A stretch of 62,708 bases of DNA, filler included. It is 5 parts of 5 records of this genome, joined end to end, with 100 filler letters (N's around TTAATTAATTAA, not from the genome) between each part and the next. Parts side by side here need not be neighbours in the genome. Positions count along the whole stretch, not along the records: positions 29,132 to 43,479 come from SRR31156797_8287; positions 43,580 to 55,830 come from SRR31156797_8289; 3 more parts are not named here. One strand, given 5' to 3'. Positions 43,361-52,978 of the stretch are shown here, piece after piece. The notes beneath the pieces are model-generated. The model worked only from the letters and a program-made list of their open reading frames with translations, was not told where the DNA came from and did no database searches. Both the position numbers and the translations under genes were made by a program. Position 1 is the first letter of the stretch, and every line of letters begins with the position of its first letter.

Positions 43361-43441
43361 CGGGGCGTACTGGAATCTCCCGAAGGGATCCCAATGGGGG
43401 AACCAGTGACCTTCCCGACTGTTAACGTCGGGACGCTCTAA
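43361..43441 (-). pseudogene. Pseudo-tRNA of a second isotype (Val-like T arm) with replaced anticodon arm and T-loop insert
   Basis: TAGAGCG-[TCCCGAC-N7-GTCGGGA]-AGGTC-ACTGG-TTC-[22-bp insert]-GATT-CCAGT-ACGCCCC. Confidence 0.7.
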
Positions 43442-43479
43442 TGAGGACGCTTCGGTCATCATGCTGACAAGCTTTGCTT

Positions 43480-43579
43480 NNNNNNNNNNNNNNNNNNNNN
43501 NNNNNNNNNNNNNNNNNNNNNNNTTAATTAATTAANNNNNNNNNNNNNNNNNNNNNNNNNNNNNNNNNNNNNNNNNNNN
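43480..43579. other. Artificial contig linker
   Basis: 100 nt of N surrounding TTAATTAATTAA. Confidence 0.98.
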
Positions 43580-43762
43580 ACCTTTTGGAAAAGGTTCTTA
43601 AGAATCTCCAAAACTTTTTAGTGCGCCTTCGGCGAGGTCATCCTTAGTATTATTCTTATTCACTACTATAAGTCTTTCACTTCTTTTCGTATTGGTACAG
43701 ATTCGAACGAAACGAGCGATAAAACGTTGTGGAGTGTCCAAAGAACCTTTTTTAAAAGATTT
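43580..43762. repeat. Miniature element with imperfect ~40-bp inverted ends
   Basis: CCTTTTGGAAAAGGTTCTTAAGAATCTCCAAAACTTTT resembles the reverse complement of AAAACGTTGTGGAGTGTCCAAAGAACCTTTTTTAAAAG. Confidence 0.55.
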
Positions 43763-43784
43763 TCTGGTTTCCTGGCAGGGTAAC

Positions 43785-43820
43785 AAAAAGCCCCTGTCTC
43801 TTATGAGACAGGGGCTTTTT
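43785..43820 (-). terminator. Intrinsic terminator
   Basis: AAAAAGCCCCTGTCTC-TTAT-GAGACAGGGGCTTTTT. Confidence 0.85.
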
Positions 43821-43842
43821 GTTATTCGCTGTAATCGCTGTG

Positions 43843-44766
43843 TTAGCAACTGGCGCAATCGAAGATACGATCAAAGGTCTTGAGCACTTCGAGTCCGTCT
43901 TCACCGGTAATGGGCACCGGGGTCCCGTTACGCAAAGCGGTCAGGAACTGAGTCAATTCCTCTTTGACAGGCTCACGGAACATGAGCGGCCATTCGCGAA
44001 CGGAATAGGATTTATCGTAGGTGGAGAAAGCCGAATATTCCTTGACCTCCTGCGTAATCAAATTGGCTTGAATGTACTTGGATTCGCAGGCAACACTGAT
44101 CTTGCGGCCCTTATATGGAGTCACCCAGTTCGTGGTGATATTGGCGAGTACACCGTTTTCCATCTCGGCAGTGATAAGCGCGGAATCCTCATGCTTACCA
44201 ATGGAGGTGGAAGACACTGCGTAGACGGACTTGAATTCGGAACCGGTCAGGAAACGAATAAGGTCGATGTCATGAGAACCAAGGTCCTTAATAACGCCCA
44301 CGTCCTGAATGCGCGGCGGATATGGTCCGACACGTTCGATCTGAATGGAAATAACATCGTCACCGATCAATTCCTTGACGCGCTCGACTGCCGGGTTGAA
44401 ACGCTCGACATGCCCGACCATAAGAGCAACGCCCTTTTCCTTGGCCTTGGCAACAAGATCCTCACCCTCAGAAGCAGAAACAGCCAACGGCTTCTCGATG
44501 ATGACGTTGATGCTCTTGTCCATGATCTTCAGCCCGGTCTCGTGATGCAGGCTGGTGGGAACGCACACGGACATGGCATCCAGTTCGTTTTCCAACAACT
44601 CATCAAGACTGGCAAAAGTCTTTACACCGAACTGGGCAGCGACTTCTTCGCGAGCCTTTTCGTCGACATCAACAACACCAACCACTTCCACATCTGCCAT
44701 TTCAGTATAGTTGCGCAGATGGACACGGCCCATCCAACCCAACCCGACAACGCCTACTTTCAACAT
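43843..44766 (-). CDS. Gfo/Idh/MocA family NAD-dependent oxidoreductase
   Basis: VGVVGLGWMG, IEKP, VGHVERFNP, DLGSHDID. Confidence 0.92.
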   Translation of the reverse strand: MLKVGVVGLGWMGRVHLRNYTEMADVEVVGVVDVDEKAREEVAAQFGVKTFASLDELLENELDAMSVCVPTSLHHETGLKIMDKSINVIIEKPLAVSASEGEDLVAKAKEKGVALMVGHVERFNPAVERVKELIGDDVISIQIERVGPYPPRIQDVGVIKDLGSHDIDLIRFLTGSEFKSVYAVSSTSIGKHEDSALITAEMENGVLANITTNWVTPYKGRKISVACESKYIQANLITQEVKEYSAFSTYDKSYSVREWPLMFREPVKEELTQFLTALRNGTPVPITGEDGLEVLKTFDRIFDCASC

Positions 44767-44897
44767 ATATATATCCTCGTTCAGAGTTTCATGTTTGCGA
44801 ATGCTATCTACAGGGCAAATCCCCCCATTGCAACCCCGACGGGCCGATTATACACGCTTCCCTTGCCCAGAAAGGCCGCATGAGATAGTAAACACGC

Positions 44898-46037
44898 ATG
44901 CAAACAGGAAATCCAACCGGACCTATCTGGTTCAACGTCGGCGAAGCGTCAGGCGATCTTCACGGCGCGGAACTCATCAAACGACTTAAGGAAGTAACCC
45001 CCGATGCCACCTTCACCGGCATGGGTGGTCCTGCCATGGAAGCCGAAGGGTTGGATGTACGCTATTCCATGAAACTCATCTCACTGGTGGGTATCACAGA
45101 AATCCTCGGCGGATTGACGCGAATCCTCAAACTACTTGGCGAGATCAAACGGGAACTCATCAAGGTACGTCCTCGTGCCATCATTCTGGTGGACTGTCCC
45201 GAGTTCAATTTCCGTATTGCCAAAATGGCGTACAAACTTGGAATTCCGGTTTATTACTATATCAGTCCGCAAATCTGGGCATGGCGTTCAGGCCGCGCCA
45301 ATTTCCTGCGCAAATACGTGCGCAAGGTTATCTGCATCCTGCCGTTTGAAAAACAGTTCTATAAGAAATACGACATGGATGTAGATTATGTAGGCCATCC
45401 ACTCATGGATGTACTTCCACTGAGCGAACTCGACAACATTCCGGTTGATGAAAATCGAATAGGATTACTCCCTGGTTCTCGGAACAAGGAAGTCAGCACC
45501 CTGTTGCCAGAATTTGCCAAGGCAGCCAAGCTTTTGCAAAAGGCTCACCCCAACCTGCATTACGTCATGGTACGTGCACCAGGAATGGAAAAAGAACGCC
45601 TCCTTAAACAGTGGCCCGACGACATTCCGGTGGAAATTGTTGAACCTGACACTCGGTACAAGACATTTCGGTCCTGTAAGTGTATCATGGCTGCATCCGG
45701 CACGGTCACTCTGGAAACAGCGCTCATCGGCACTCCGGTATTAGTGGCCTACAAGGTTTCTATCATATCCGAAATAGTCGCCAGACTGCTCGTGAATGTT
45801 GACTATATTTCATTGCCCAACCTTATCGCGGGGCACGAAATCTACCCGGAATTTATGCAAAAAGACGCGTGCGCCGACACATTCGCACTCGCAGTCAGTC
45901 GATGGTTGGACGACTCAACGGAATACGACCGCGTCAAACACGAACTGATCAAACTCCGCACCATGGTCGGAGAACCTGGCGCTCCATTGCGCGCAGCACG
46001 AGTCATCATGGACGACTTGGCCGAACTTGGCCGCTAG
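44898..46037 (+). CDS. lpxB: Lipid-A-disaccharide synthase
   Basis: GEASGDLHG, SPQIWAWR, ILPFE, VGHPL, LLPGSR..E, ASGTVTLE, SLPNL. Confidence 0.95.
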   Translation: MQTGNPTGPIWFNVGEASGDLHGAELIKRLKEVTPDATFTGMGGPAMEAEGLDVRYSMKLISLVGITEILGGLTRILKLLGEIKRELIKVRPRAIILVDCPEFNFRIAKMAYKLGIPVYYYISPQIWAWRSGRANFLRKYVRKVICILPFEKQFYKKYDMDVDYVGHPLMDVLPLSELDNIPVDENRIGLLPGSRNKEVSTLLPEFAKAAKLLQKAHPNLHYVMVRAPGMEKERLLKQWPDDIPVEIVEPDTRYKTFRSCKCIMAASGTVTLETALIGTPVLVAYKVSIISEIVARLLVNVDYISLPNLIAGHEIYPEFMQKDACADTFALAVSRWLDDSTEYDRVKHELIKLRTMVGEPGAPLRAARVIMDDLAELGR

Positions 46038-46078
46038 ACTCGACATTCTTTCAATTTTTCTACTCACTGGCAGGCATC

Positions 46079-47809
46079 ATGAACCGATTTGATTTCCCCC
46101 AAATACTCCCTCCCAGCAGGCCCTTGTTGCCCGCATTTACAGAACATTTTTCCGGCTGGCATCTCGGCATGGGACTGCCTGAAACATTGCTCGGCCTCCT
46201 GCCAGGTCTCTTTCAACTCGCCAGACGTGACCCTGAATGTAAAAATATCACCATGGGCATGGCCCTTTGGGGAACACAAGCCCATCCGCTCACCCCGGGT
46301 ATGGGCACATGGGGCATCAAAAGCCTCAACATGGGCCTCAAACTCGGCCCGGCTTTCACCCGCATATTGCTGCTGACTGCCAAACTCCCTAAATTGGGTG
46401 AAGCCCCCAACGAGACTGAGGATGATACGGAGTACAAGGCCGAAGTCGAAGCCATGGACACGTGGCATGCTCTCGCCCGACAGGATGACAGAAAACTGAT
46501 TCTGCGTTTTCTCACCGTTGCTCTTGGTGATTCGAACAAGGGTCTCTCCTGGCTCCAACATGTTTGGCAGGATCTTATTCATCTGGGCAAGCCGGAGATT
46601 CCCAAGGCTGCCTTGGACATGGTTGAATGGAGCGACTCGACTCAGCCGCTCAAGGAACGGATGGAAGCGGAGTGGGCATTTCATTGTCTCACGCCTGAAA
46701 AAGCCCTGCCCATCATTGAAGAACTTGACCCCTCACTTTGGGGACTGTGGCGAGCGTATGCCGGAGGAGAACTCCTTCTGCGCATGGGCAAAAAAGGTGA
46801 AGCCAAAGGCATATTAGCTGCACTGTGGAAAGCAATCCCATGGCATGTGAACCTGACCCTCAAACTTCATGAGATTTTCAAAGCCCCACCGATAGGCGAA
46901 ATCGAAGATACCGCCGACGTCACGATTCTCGTGTATTCTTGGAACAAGGCAGAATTGCTGGCAGAAACACTGCGCAGCCTGCTGGACAGCGATATTGGAC
47001 AAGCTAAAGTCGTTGCTTTGGACAATGGCTCTGATGATGCAACGGGCGATGTCTTGCTCAAAGCTCAGAAAGAATTCGGTGCTGATCGGTTCAGGGTGGA
47101 AACGCTCCCTGTCAACGTTGGTGCACCAGCCGCACGCAACTGGTTGCTCGCACTGCCGGAAGTCAAGGCCTCAAAATGGGCGGCATTCCTGGATGACGAC
47201 ATCATCCTTCCAAAGGACTGGCTTCTGCGGTTACTTGGACCAGCCCAAAGCCGGGACAACATAGGGGCTGTCGGGTGCCGTATCACCGCCGCGGTTCCGC
47301 CGTATGGCCTGCAGTCAGCCGACTACAACCTTTTCCCGGTCCCGCCGAACGACCCCAAAGCGGACATGGTACCTCACAGAGTGCTGGTTTTTGACAACTG
47401 CGCAGGGTCACTCGATTCCGGGTTATTCACTTACACTCGCCCTTGTCTGTCTGTGTCTGGCTGCTGTCACATGATCAACACTCGTTCCATCGAAAAAGTC
47501 GGTGAGTTCGATCTGCGGTACACTCCATCCCAGTTTGACGACTTGGATAGAGACATCCGTTCAAGCTTGGCCGGTATGCCTGCCCTATTTATAGGAGGGC
47601 TTGCTATCAAGCATGTCCAACACTCCAGTTTGGCCAAATCCAAAGATACCAAACAGATTGGTCAGGTCATGGGCAACAAGCTCAAACTCGACACCAAATA
47701 TACGGATGAAGAACTCATTCGTCTGGGACAGGAAAATCAACAATGGTCATGGAACGATCTTGAAAAAAAATGTGACTTCCTTGTTGACCGCCTTGGCCTG
47801 AACACCTAG
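46079..47809 (+). CDS. Family 2 glycosyltransferase with N-terminal helical region
   Basis: LDNGSDD, NVGAPAARN, FLDDD, FDDLD; start taken at MNRFDF to avoid overlapping lpxB. Confidence 0.82.
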   Translation: MNRFDFPQILPPSRPLLPAFTEHFSGWHLGMGLPETLLGLLPGLFQLARRDPECKNITMGMALWGTQAHPLTPGMGTWGIKSLNMGLKLGPAFTRILLLTAKLPKLGEAPNETEDDTEYKAEVEAMDTWHALARQDDRKLILRFLTVALGDSNKGLSWLQHVWQDLIHLGKPEIPKAALDMVEWSDSTQPLKERMEAEWAFHCLTPEKALPIIEELDPSLWGLWRAYAGGELLLRMGKKGEAKGILAALWKAIPWHVNLTLKLHEIFKAPPIGEIEDTADVTILVYSWNKAELLAETLRSLLDSDIGQAKVVALDNGSDDATGDVLLKAQKEFGADRFRVETLPVNVGAPAARNWLLALPEVKASKWAAFLDDDIILPKDWLLRLLGPAQSRDNIGAVGCRITAAVPPYGLQSADYNLFPVPPNDPKADMVPHRVLVFDNCAGSLDSGLFTYTRPCLSVSGCCHMINTRSIEKVGEFDLRYTPSQFDDLDRDIRSSLAGMPALFIGGLAIKHVQHSSLAKSKDTKQIGQVMGNKLKLDTKYTDEELIRLGQENQQWSWNDLEKKCDFLVDRLGLNT

Positions 47810-47840
47810 TTCTTTCTCACCAATACGGGGGAGAACTATC

Positions 47841-48164
47841 ATGGAAGACGTACGAGTATACGGTGATTTTCATCGGATCACGCCGGAAATATATGAACAG
47901 ATCAAGGATTCCAATCCATTTGATCAGGTGGAATACGATGGGGATGTGCTGCGTGTAGATCACGAAGGACGCTACCTCATGATTGACGACTTCATCGAAG
48001 CCATACGCGACCTTTTGCCGGAAAACGGATACGGGCATGTGGAATATATCGACCAACTCGACTGGATCGTCACGCGGTACACAATCAAACCCGGAAAGAT
48101 CGAAGAAAAGATCGTTCGGATAGACAACGTGGTCGATGCCCACCAACGAAATTACGGACTCTAA
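47841..48164 (+). CDS. Hypothetical protein
   Basis: 107-aa ORF with RBS GGAG, followed by a terminator. Confidence 0.7.
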   Translation: MEDVRVYGDFHRITPEIYEQIKDSNPFDQVEYDGDVLRVDHEGRYLMIDDFIEAIRDLLPENGYGHVEYIDQLDWIVTRYTIKPGKIEEKIVRIDNVVDAHQRNYGL

Positions 48165-48218
48165 AAAAAAGGCTGATTCGCACTGAATCAGCCTTTTTCA
48201 TTCTCTCAAAACCTTTCG

Positions 48219-49019
48219 TTACATAAACGAACTCCACAGCATCTTGGTTCCCACGATGAGAAGCAGGATTGCAAAGATTCGCTTGAGCTTGTCCACTGGC
48301 AGACTGTGGGCAAGCTTAGCCCCGAGCGGTGCGGTCAAGACGCTCATGGAAATAATACCAAGGAATGCCGGAATATAAATATACCCGAAATGCGGGCCGG
48401 GAATACCTTCGACGTTCCATCCATTGATGATAAAGCCAGTTGTCCCGGACAAGGCGATGGGCAAACCGACCGCAGCAGCAGTGGCGATGGCCGTGTGCAT
48501 GGTCTGGTTGCACCATGACAAGAACGGAACCGTCAATGTCCCGCCACCAATACCAACCAATGCTGAAAAGATACCGATACCGTTACCCACAGCAAACGTT
48601 CCTGCCTGCCCCGGCAGTTCACGAGCACTCTTGGGCTTAATGCCCAACAGCATCTGACTCGCTACATAATACAGGAAAAAGCCAAAAAAGGCCTTGAGGA
48701 ATCCGGTCGGCAAAAGTGCCGCGACCCAAGCTCCAAGGTAGGTACCGACGATGATGCCAGGAACAAGGCGCCAAAATGCGGTATAATTGATTGCCCCGCG
48801 CTTATGATGGGCACGCATGCTTGAAAGTGACGTAAAAATGATGGTCGCCAACGATGTACCAAGTGCCACATGCTGGATGTGAACATCCGGGAAATTCTGC
48901 AGTTCAAACGCAATATTGAGCATGGGCACGATAACCAATCCGCCACCGATACCCAGCAACCCTGCCAATACCCCGGCAAACGCACCGAGGACGATATACA
49001 ATAAATAGGTTGTGATCAT
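48219..49019 (-). CDS. Sulfite exporter TauE/SafE family protein
   Basis: GLLGIGGG..IVP, GTSLA, GIGGG repeat; start MITTYL with RBS AAGGA. Confidence 0.9.
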   Translation of the reverse strand: MITTYLLYIVLGAFAGVLAGLLGIGGGLVIVPMLNIAFELQNFPDVHIQHVALGTSLATIIFTSLSSMRAHHKRGAINYTAFWRLVPGIIVGTYLGAWVAALLPTGFLKAFFGFFLYYVASQMLLGIKPKSARELPGQAGTFAVGNGIGIFSALVGIGGGTLTVPFLSWCNQTMHTAIATAAAVGLPIALSGTTGFIINGWNVEGIPGPHFGYIYIPAFLGIISMSVLTAPLGAKLAHSLPVDKLKRIFAILLLIVGTKMLWSSFM

Positions 49020-49137
49020 GCTGTCCTTATTCCATTCGCATCCATACGTTCTTGATAAAACGCAATGCTGCCCGGTTTGAAAATAAAGGGGAAATGGCAG
49101 GGACAAGACAATGCTCATCCCAAACCATCAGAGACTT

Positions 49138-50154
49138 CTAAAACAAGACATTTATATCAATGGATTTGATATCCTTGCTCCCAGTCAGGATCATTGCTCC
49201 CGAAAGCTGAGCCTTAAGCGTATCGAAATATTTCTCTACGCCCTCTTCCAAGCCACCCATAGCGGCTACGGCAACAGGCCGACCAACCATGACGGCGTCA
49301 GCTCCAAGCGCGATCATTTTGAGGACATCTACGCCTGTTCGAATACCGCCATCAACAATCACTGCGAGCTTGCCCTTGACCGGCTCGGACACTTCATGGA
49401 TGACCTCAGCTGTTCCAGGGGCGTGGTCAAGTACACGGCCACCATGGTTGGAAACCACAATGCCGTCAGCGCCGACTTCAGCGGCCAACTCAGCTTCATC
49501 AGGAGTCATGATGCCTTTCAATATGAATTTGGCGTCCCAACTATGCACTTTATCGATAATTTTCTTTAATTCGGAAGCCGGTTTGGGAGACACAGGACGT
49601 CCCATCTGACGAAGCGTGATCAACCCCGCTGCATCCACATCCATACCAAATGTGGTACATCCGGTTGCACGAGCTAATTCCAATTTCTCGTCTAGCTCGT
49701 CGCCTTCCCACGGTTTGATAAAGGGGATACCATATCCACCGTTGTTGACGATGGCAGCAAATCCGGCCTCATGTACATAAGGAGGTACCCCATCACCGGT
49801 ACATCCAACAACACCTGCCTTTTTACTCCCGCTGACCACGGCTTCGGCATACGCATCTTCACTGATACCGCCACCCATGTTAAAGGACACACCACCAATA
49901 GGAGCGGCCATCACAGGCAAGGAGAGATCGTAACCCAACACCGATGCGGAAGTGTCAGGTTCGGTGACATCATGCAAAAGACGCATGTTCAAACGAATTT
50001 CAGCCAATGCTTCATAGTTGCTTTTAAACGAAGAACCGGTCCCGAGACCGCCCATTCCCGGCACTTCTCCGACACACGCCTTGCCGTCACAAACCTTACA
50101 CACACGACAGTAGCCTTTCATCAGTTCACGTGCTTTATCGCGAATCTCTTTCAT
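49138..50154 (-). CDS. FMN-dependent alpha-hydroxy-acid oxidase/dehydrogenase
   Basis: LKGIMT, VSNHGGRVLD, DGGIRTG.D..K..ALGA..V.VGRP; N-terminal Cys cluster. Confidence 0.9.
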   Translation of the reverse strand: MKEIRDKARELMKGYCRVCKVCDGKACVGEVPGMGGLGTGSSFKSNYEALAEIRLNMRLLHDVTEPDTSASVLGYDLSLPVMAAPIGGVSFNMGGGISEDAYAEAVVSGSKKAGVVGCTGDGVPPYVHEAGFAAIVNNGGYGIPFIKPWEGDELDEKLELARATGCTTFGMDVDAAGLITLRQMGRPVSPKPASELKKIIDKVHSWDAKFILKGIMTPDEAELAAEVGADGIVVSNHGGRVLDHAPGTAEVIHEVSEPVKGKLAVIVDGGIRTGVDVLKMIALGADAVMVGRPVAVAAMGGLEEGVEKYFDTLKAQLSGAMILTGSKDIKSIDINVLF

Positions 50155-50156
50155 TT

Positions 50157-50855
50157 TTATCTCCTTGATATATTAATAGAAAACACAATACTTTCTGTAG
50201 AAGCGAGATGTTCTCGCATGGCCCTTTCAGCCTGCATGGCATGTCCGTTCTTGACAGCCTCGACAATGGCCCGATGCGCCCTGACCGATGCCTGCTGGCG
50301 TTCTAAAGACTGCACCTCTTCCGCACGGCTTTTGGCAAACCCTTCATGGAGAACCATAACCATTTCTTTGAGCACGGGATTTCCCGAAGCCTCGGCCAGC
50401 AGTTGATGAAATTTATGATCATAACCGGCACCGGAATCCCCTCGACGAACAGCGTCTTCCTGATCCGTCAACGTATCTTCAAGGCGGGTCAATTGATCCG
50501 GTGAAGCATTCACAGCAGCCAAGGCTGCAATCTCGGGCTCCAGCATCTTTCGCACTTCAAACACATCTCGCAAGTCGTGCTGCCCGGAAAGCACGATGTC
50601 GAACAAAGAACTATCGTCATCTCGGCTTTCACTGACAAATGTTCCAGCTCCCTGGCGACTTTCCAACACACCGGACTCGGCCAGAATCTTAATCCCTTCC
50701 CGAACCGTAGTCCGAGACACACCAAACTCCTCCGCAAGTTTTCGCTCGGCGGGGAGTCTATCACCGGGTATCAGCGTCCCGTGACTGATCATTTCTCTGA
50801 TCTGCCTTACAATTTCATCTGATATGGATTTTTTGTTGACTGGCTTGACGTCCAT
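50157..50855 (-). CDS. FadR/GntR family transcriptional regulator (LldR-like)
   Basis: LPAERKLAEEFGVSRTTVREG HTH and FCD domain; start MDVKP with RBS GAGGAG. Confidence 0.92.
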   Translation of the reverse strand: MDVKPVNKKSISDEIVRQIREMISHGTLIPGDRLPAERKLAEEFGVSRTTVREGIKILAESGVLESRQGAGTFVSESRDDDSSLFDIVLSGQHDLRDVFEVRKMLEPEIAALAAVNASPDQLTRLEDTLTDQEDAVRRGDSGAGYDHKFHQLLAEASGNPVLKEMVMVLHEGFAKSRAEEVQSLERQQASVRAHRAIVEAVKNGHAMQAERAMREHLASTESIVFSINISRR

Positions 50856-50868
50856 AAGCTCCTCTCTA

Positions 50869-50883
50869 ATTGGTTGGACCAAT
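50869..50883. promoter_or_regulatory. FadR-subfamily operator (LldR/PdhR-like)
   Basis: ATTGGT-TGG-ACCAAT palindrome immediately upstream of the regulator. Confidence 0.7.
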
Positions 50884-50997
50884 GATCCAATTAGACCACA
50901 ATCCAATGGTCGTCAATCCTACAGAGCTATTTTCTGGAGAAAAAGAAAAGAAAGCACAAGCCAACGCATGAGCATAAAGACATTTTATACTGAGAAA

Positions 50998-52203
50998 TCA
51001 AGCCCTACGTAATGTATGCAACGTTATCTCCGGGCAGGTCCCAAGTCGCATAGGCGGTCCCCAATATCCAGTGCCGGTATTGACATACAGCACGGTGTCG
51101 TCATGAAGATACAAACCCCGTACATATTTCTGAAAGAGATGAATCATGAAATTGTACGGGAAATACTGCCCTCCATGGGTATGCCCAGACAACTGGACGT
51201 CATATCCGGCCTTGGCTGCATTAAACACCGAGTTTGGTTGATGTGCCAACAAGATGGACACGTCATGCGCCGGAGCATCCTTGCGGGCCAATGCAGGAGA
51301 CGAAACATGACTCGGCTCGAATCGATATCCATTGATATCGGGGACACCAGCTAAAAGGACCCTGCCTTTGCCTGTATCAATAAGCGCATGCTCATTGACC
51401 AGAGGCTTAATGCCGAGCCGTTTCGTTTCAGCCAGCCATTCGTGAACGCCTGAATAATATTCATGATTACCGGTACAGAACCAGACTCCATGTGCAGCCG
51501 AAAAGTCGGCCATCGGCAAAATATCATCTTTAAGACCATCGACAGATCCATCAACCAAATCACCTGTGTGCACAATGACGTCTGCACCAAGCTTGTTGAC
51601 CTCGTCCACGACCATGCGCGCCCAATCGGCACGGATGGTAGGGCCAATATGGGTGTCTGAAATTTGGGCGATGGTGAAACCATCAAGACCAGACGGGAGA
51701 TCAGCGACAGGAAGTGCATTTCGTACAACCTGAGGCTTGCTTCGCGCAGTAAACACTGCAAATCCCGTCAGAGGAAGCGCTGTAGCGAAGAACACTCCGT
51801 TGGACGCGTTCAGCAAAAAACGACGACGTTGGACATTAGGTTCAATAAAATAGGGACGCCTGCTTCGTTTGCCGAACACTTTCTTAAAACCAGATGCAAA
51901 CGCTCCGATCAAGCGAGGAATATCTCTGACAAGCATGAAGAATATAAGGATGGAAATAAACCCAAAGAATGTGAACCCCACCCAGTCTATAGAATCGCAG
52001 GCAAGGCACTCATACTGTTCAGTACGTTGAAGAAACCACGTTATACGATGGCCGAATAAAAGCGTAGCCAGAGCCAACCACAAAGTGATTTTCCGTTTGC
52101 GACCAACTGGCAGGGGCTCAATAAGCCGCCATCCGAGATAAAGCACTATCAAGGTAATGACGGTCAGGACAATAACGACCCAATACATCATAATGGTACT
52201 CAC
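50998..52203 (-). CDS. Membrane-anchored metallophosphoesterase (YkuE/YaeI-like)
   Basis: SDTH, TGDLVD, GNHE, LAHQP, SGHTHGGQ. Confidence 0.9.
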   Translation of the reverse strand: MSTIMMYWVVIVLTVITLIVLYLGWRLIEPLPVGRKRKITLWLALATLLFGHRITWFLQRTEQYECLACDSIDWVGFTFFGFISILIFFMLVRDIPRLIGAFASGFKKVFGKRSRRPYFIEPNVQRRRFLLNASNGVFFATALPLTGFAVFTARSKPQVVRNALPVADLPSGLDGFTIAQISDTHIGPTIRADWARMVVDEVNKLGADVIVHTGDLVDGSVDGLKDDILPMADFSAAHGVWFCTGNHEYYSGVHEWLAETKRLGIKPLVNEHALIDTGKGRVLLAGVPDINGYRFEPSHVSSPALARKDAPAHDVSILLAHQPNSVFNAAKAGYDVQLSGHTHGGQYFPYNFMIHLFQKYVRGLYLHDDTVLYVNTGTGYWGPPMRLGTCPEITLHTLRRA

Positions 52204-52978
52204 TCCAGTAATTTCTTATAGTTGACATGGGACACATTTCATCAATTGTCAAATTATCAAAGAGATCAGCGGAGATATATCTGATCTTGCCTTCATACCA
52301 AAGGGTCTAGTTTAAATGCCATGGATAAGCCTGACTCCCCAAAAAAACACAGCGATACGGTCGTGATTCCGCGAAATCACCACGACTCGACAATCAAAAC
52401 TCGTGCCATAAAAACATGGATAAAATCACAATAAATCATTTGACAACGAGTTGACCTTAGAGCCTTGGGAGTTTATCGAAAACCGGGAAAAAACCACAAA
52501 TACAATGTTCTTTTCCCTGTGGAATTCGCCCTTTTGAGACTTCCCAACCGGCAAGCCTTGTGCTAATTCACTTTGACCTTGAGGGAAGCAAATTCTTCCA
52601 GCTGCCTCCTCTCTCCCTCCTGTCGAAAACCGATTCCCCCGAAATTGAAAAATATTTTTTCTAAACTTAATCTAAAAAAAAGTTAAAGATTTCGCGCTTC
52701 GTTTCTTTTACGACATGTGGAAAACTTTTCTATAATAGTATTAATCAACGATAAACACTCAATTCTAAGTATATCCAGCAGAGTAACCAAAAACTTTTCA
52801 GATACCCCCTGTACAAAATTCCTCGGTTGGGATATCTTTTCCATCACGTGCCAGCGACAATTTTTTCATCGAAATACGCCTGTGCATGAGCAGGATTTAC
52901 ACCCTGAATGAGGGTGCCTGTAAACACTGTACTTTCTGTCACGCAGACCTGTTATTGAGCTGCAAGGGAATAGCAAAA

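Noticed and set aside
43819-44883. 354-aa plus-strand ORF and many other overlapping ORFs in the track
   Set aside because: Antisense or alternate-frame shadows of well-supported genes, with no motifs of their own.
45869-46078. N-terminal extension of the glycosyltransferase
   Set aside because: It overlaps the lpxB 3' end; the ATG at 46079 is the more plausible start.
52204-52978. NrdR boxes, DnaA-box cluster or riboswitch in the long region upstream of nrdG
   Set aside because: Only weak NrdR-like matches and one relaxed DnaA box (TGTGGAAAA at 52716); no recognisable riboswitch motif.
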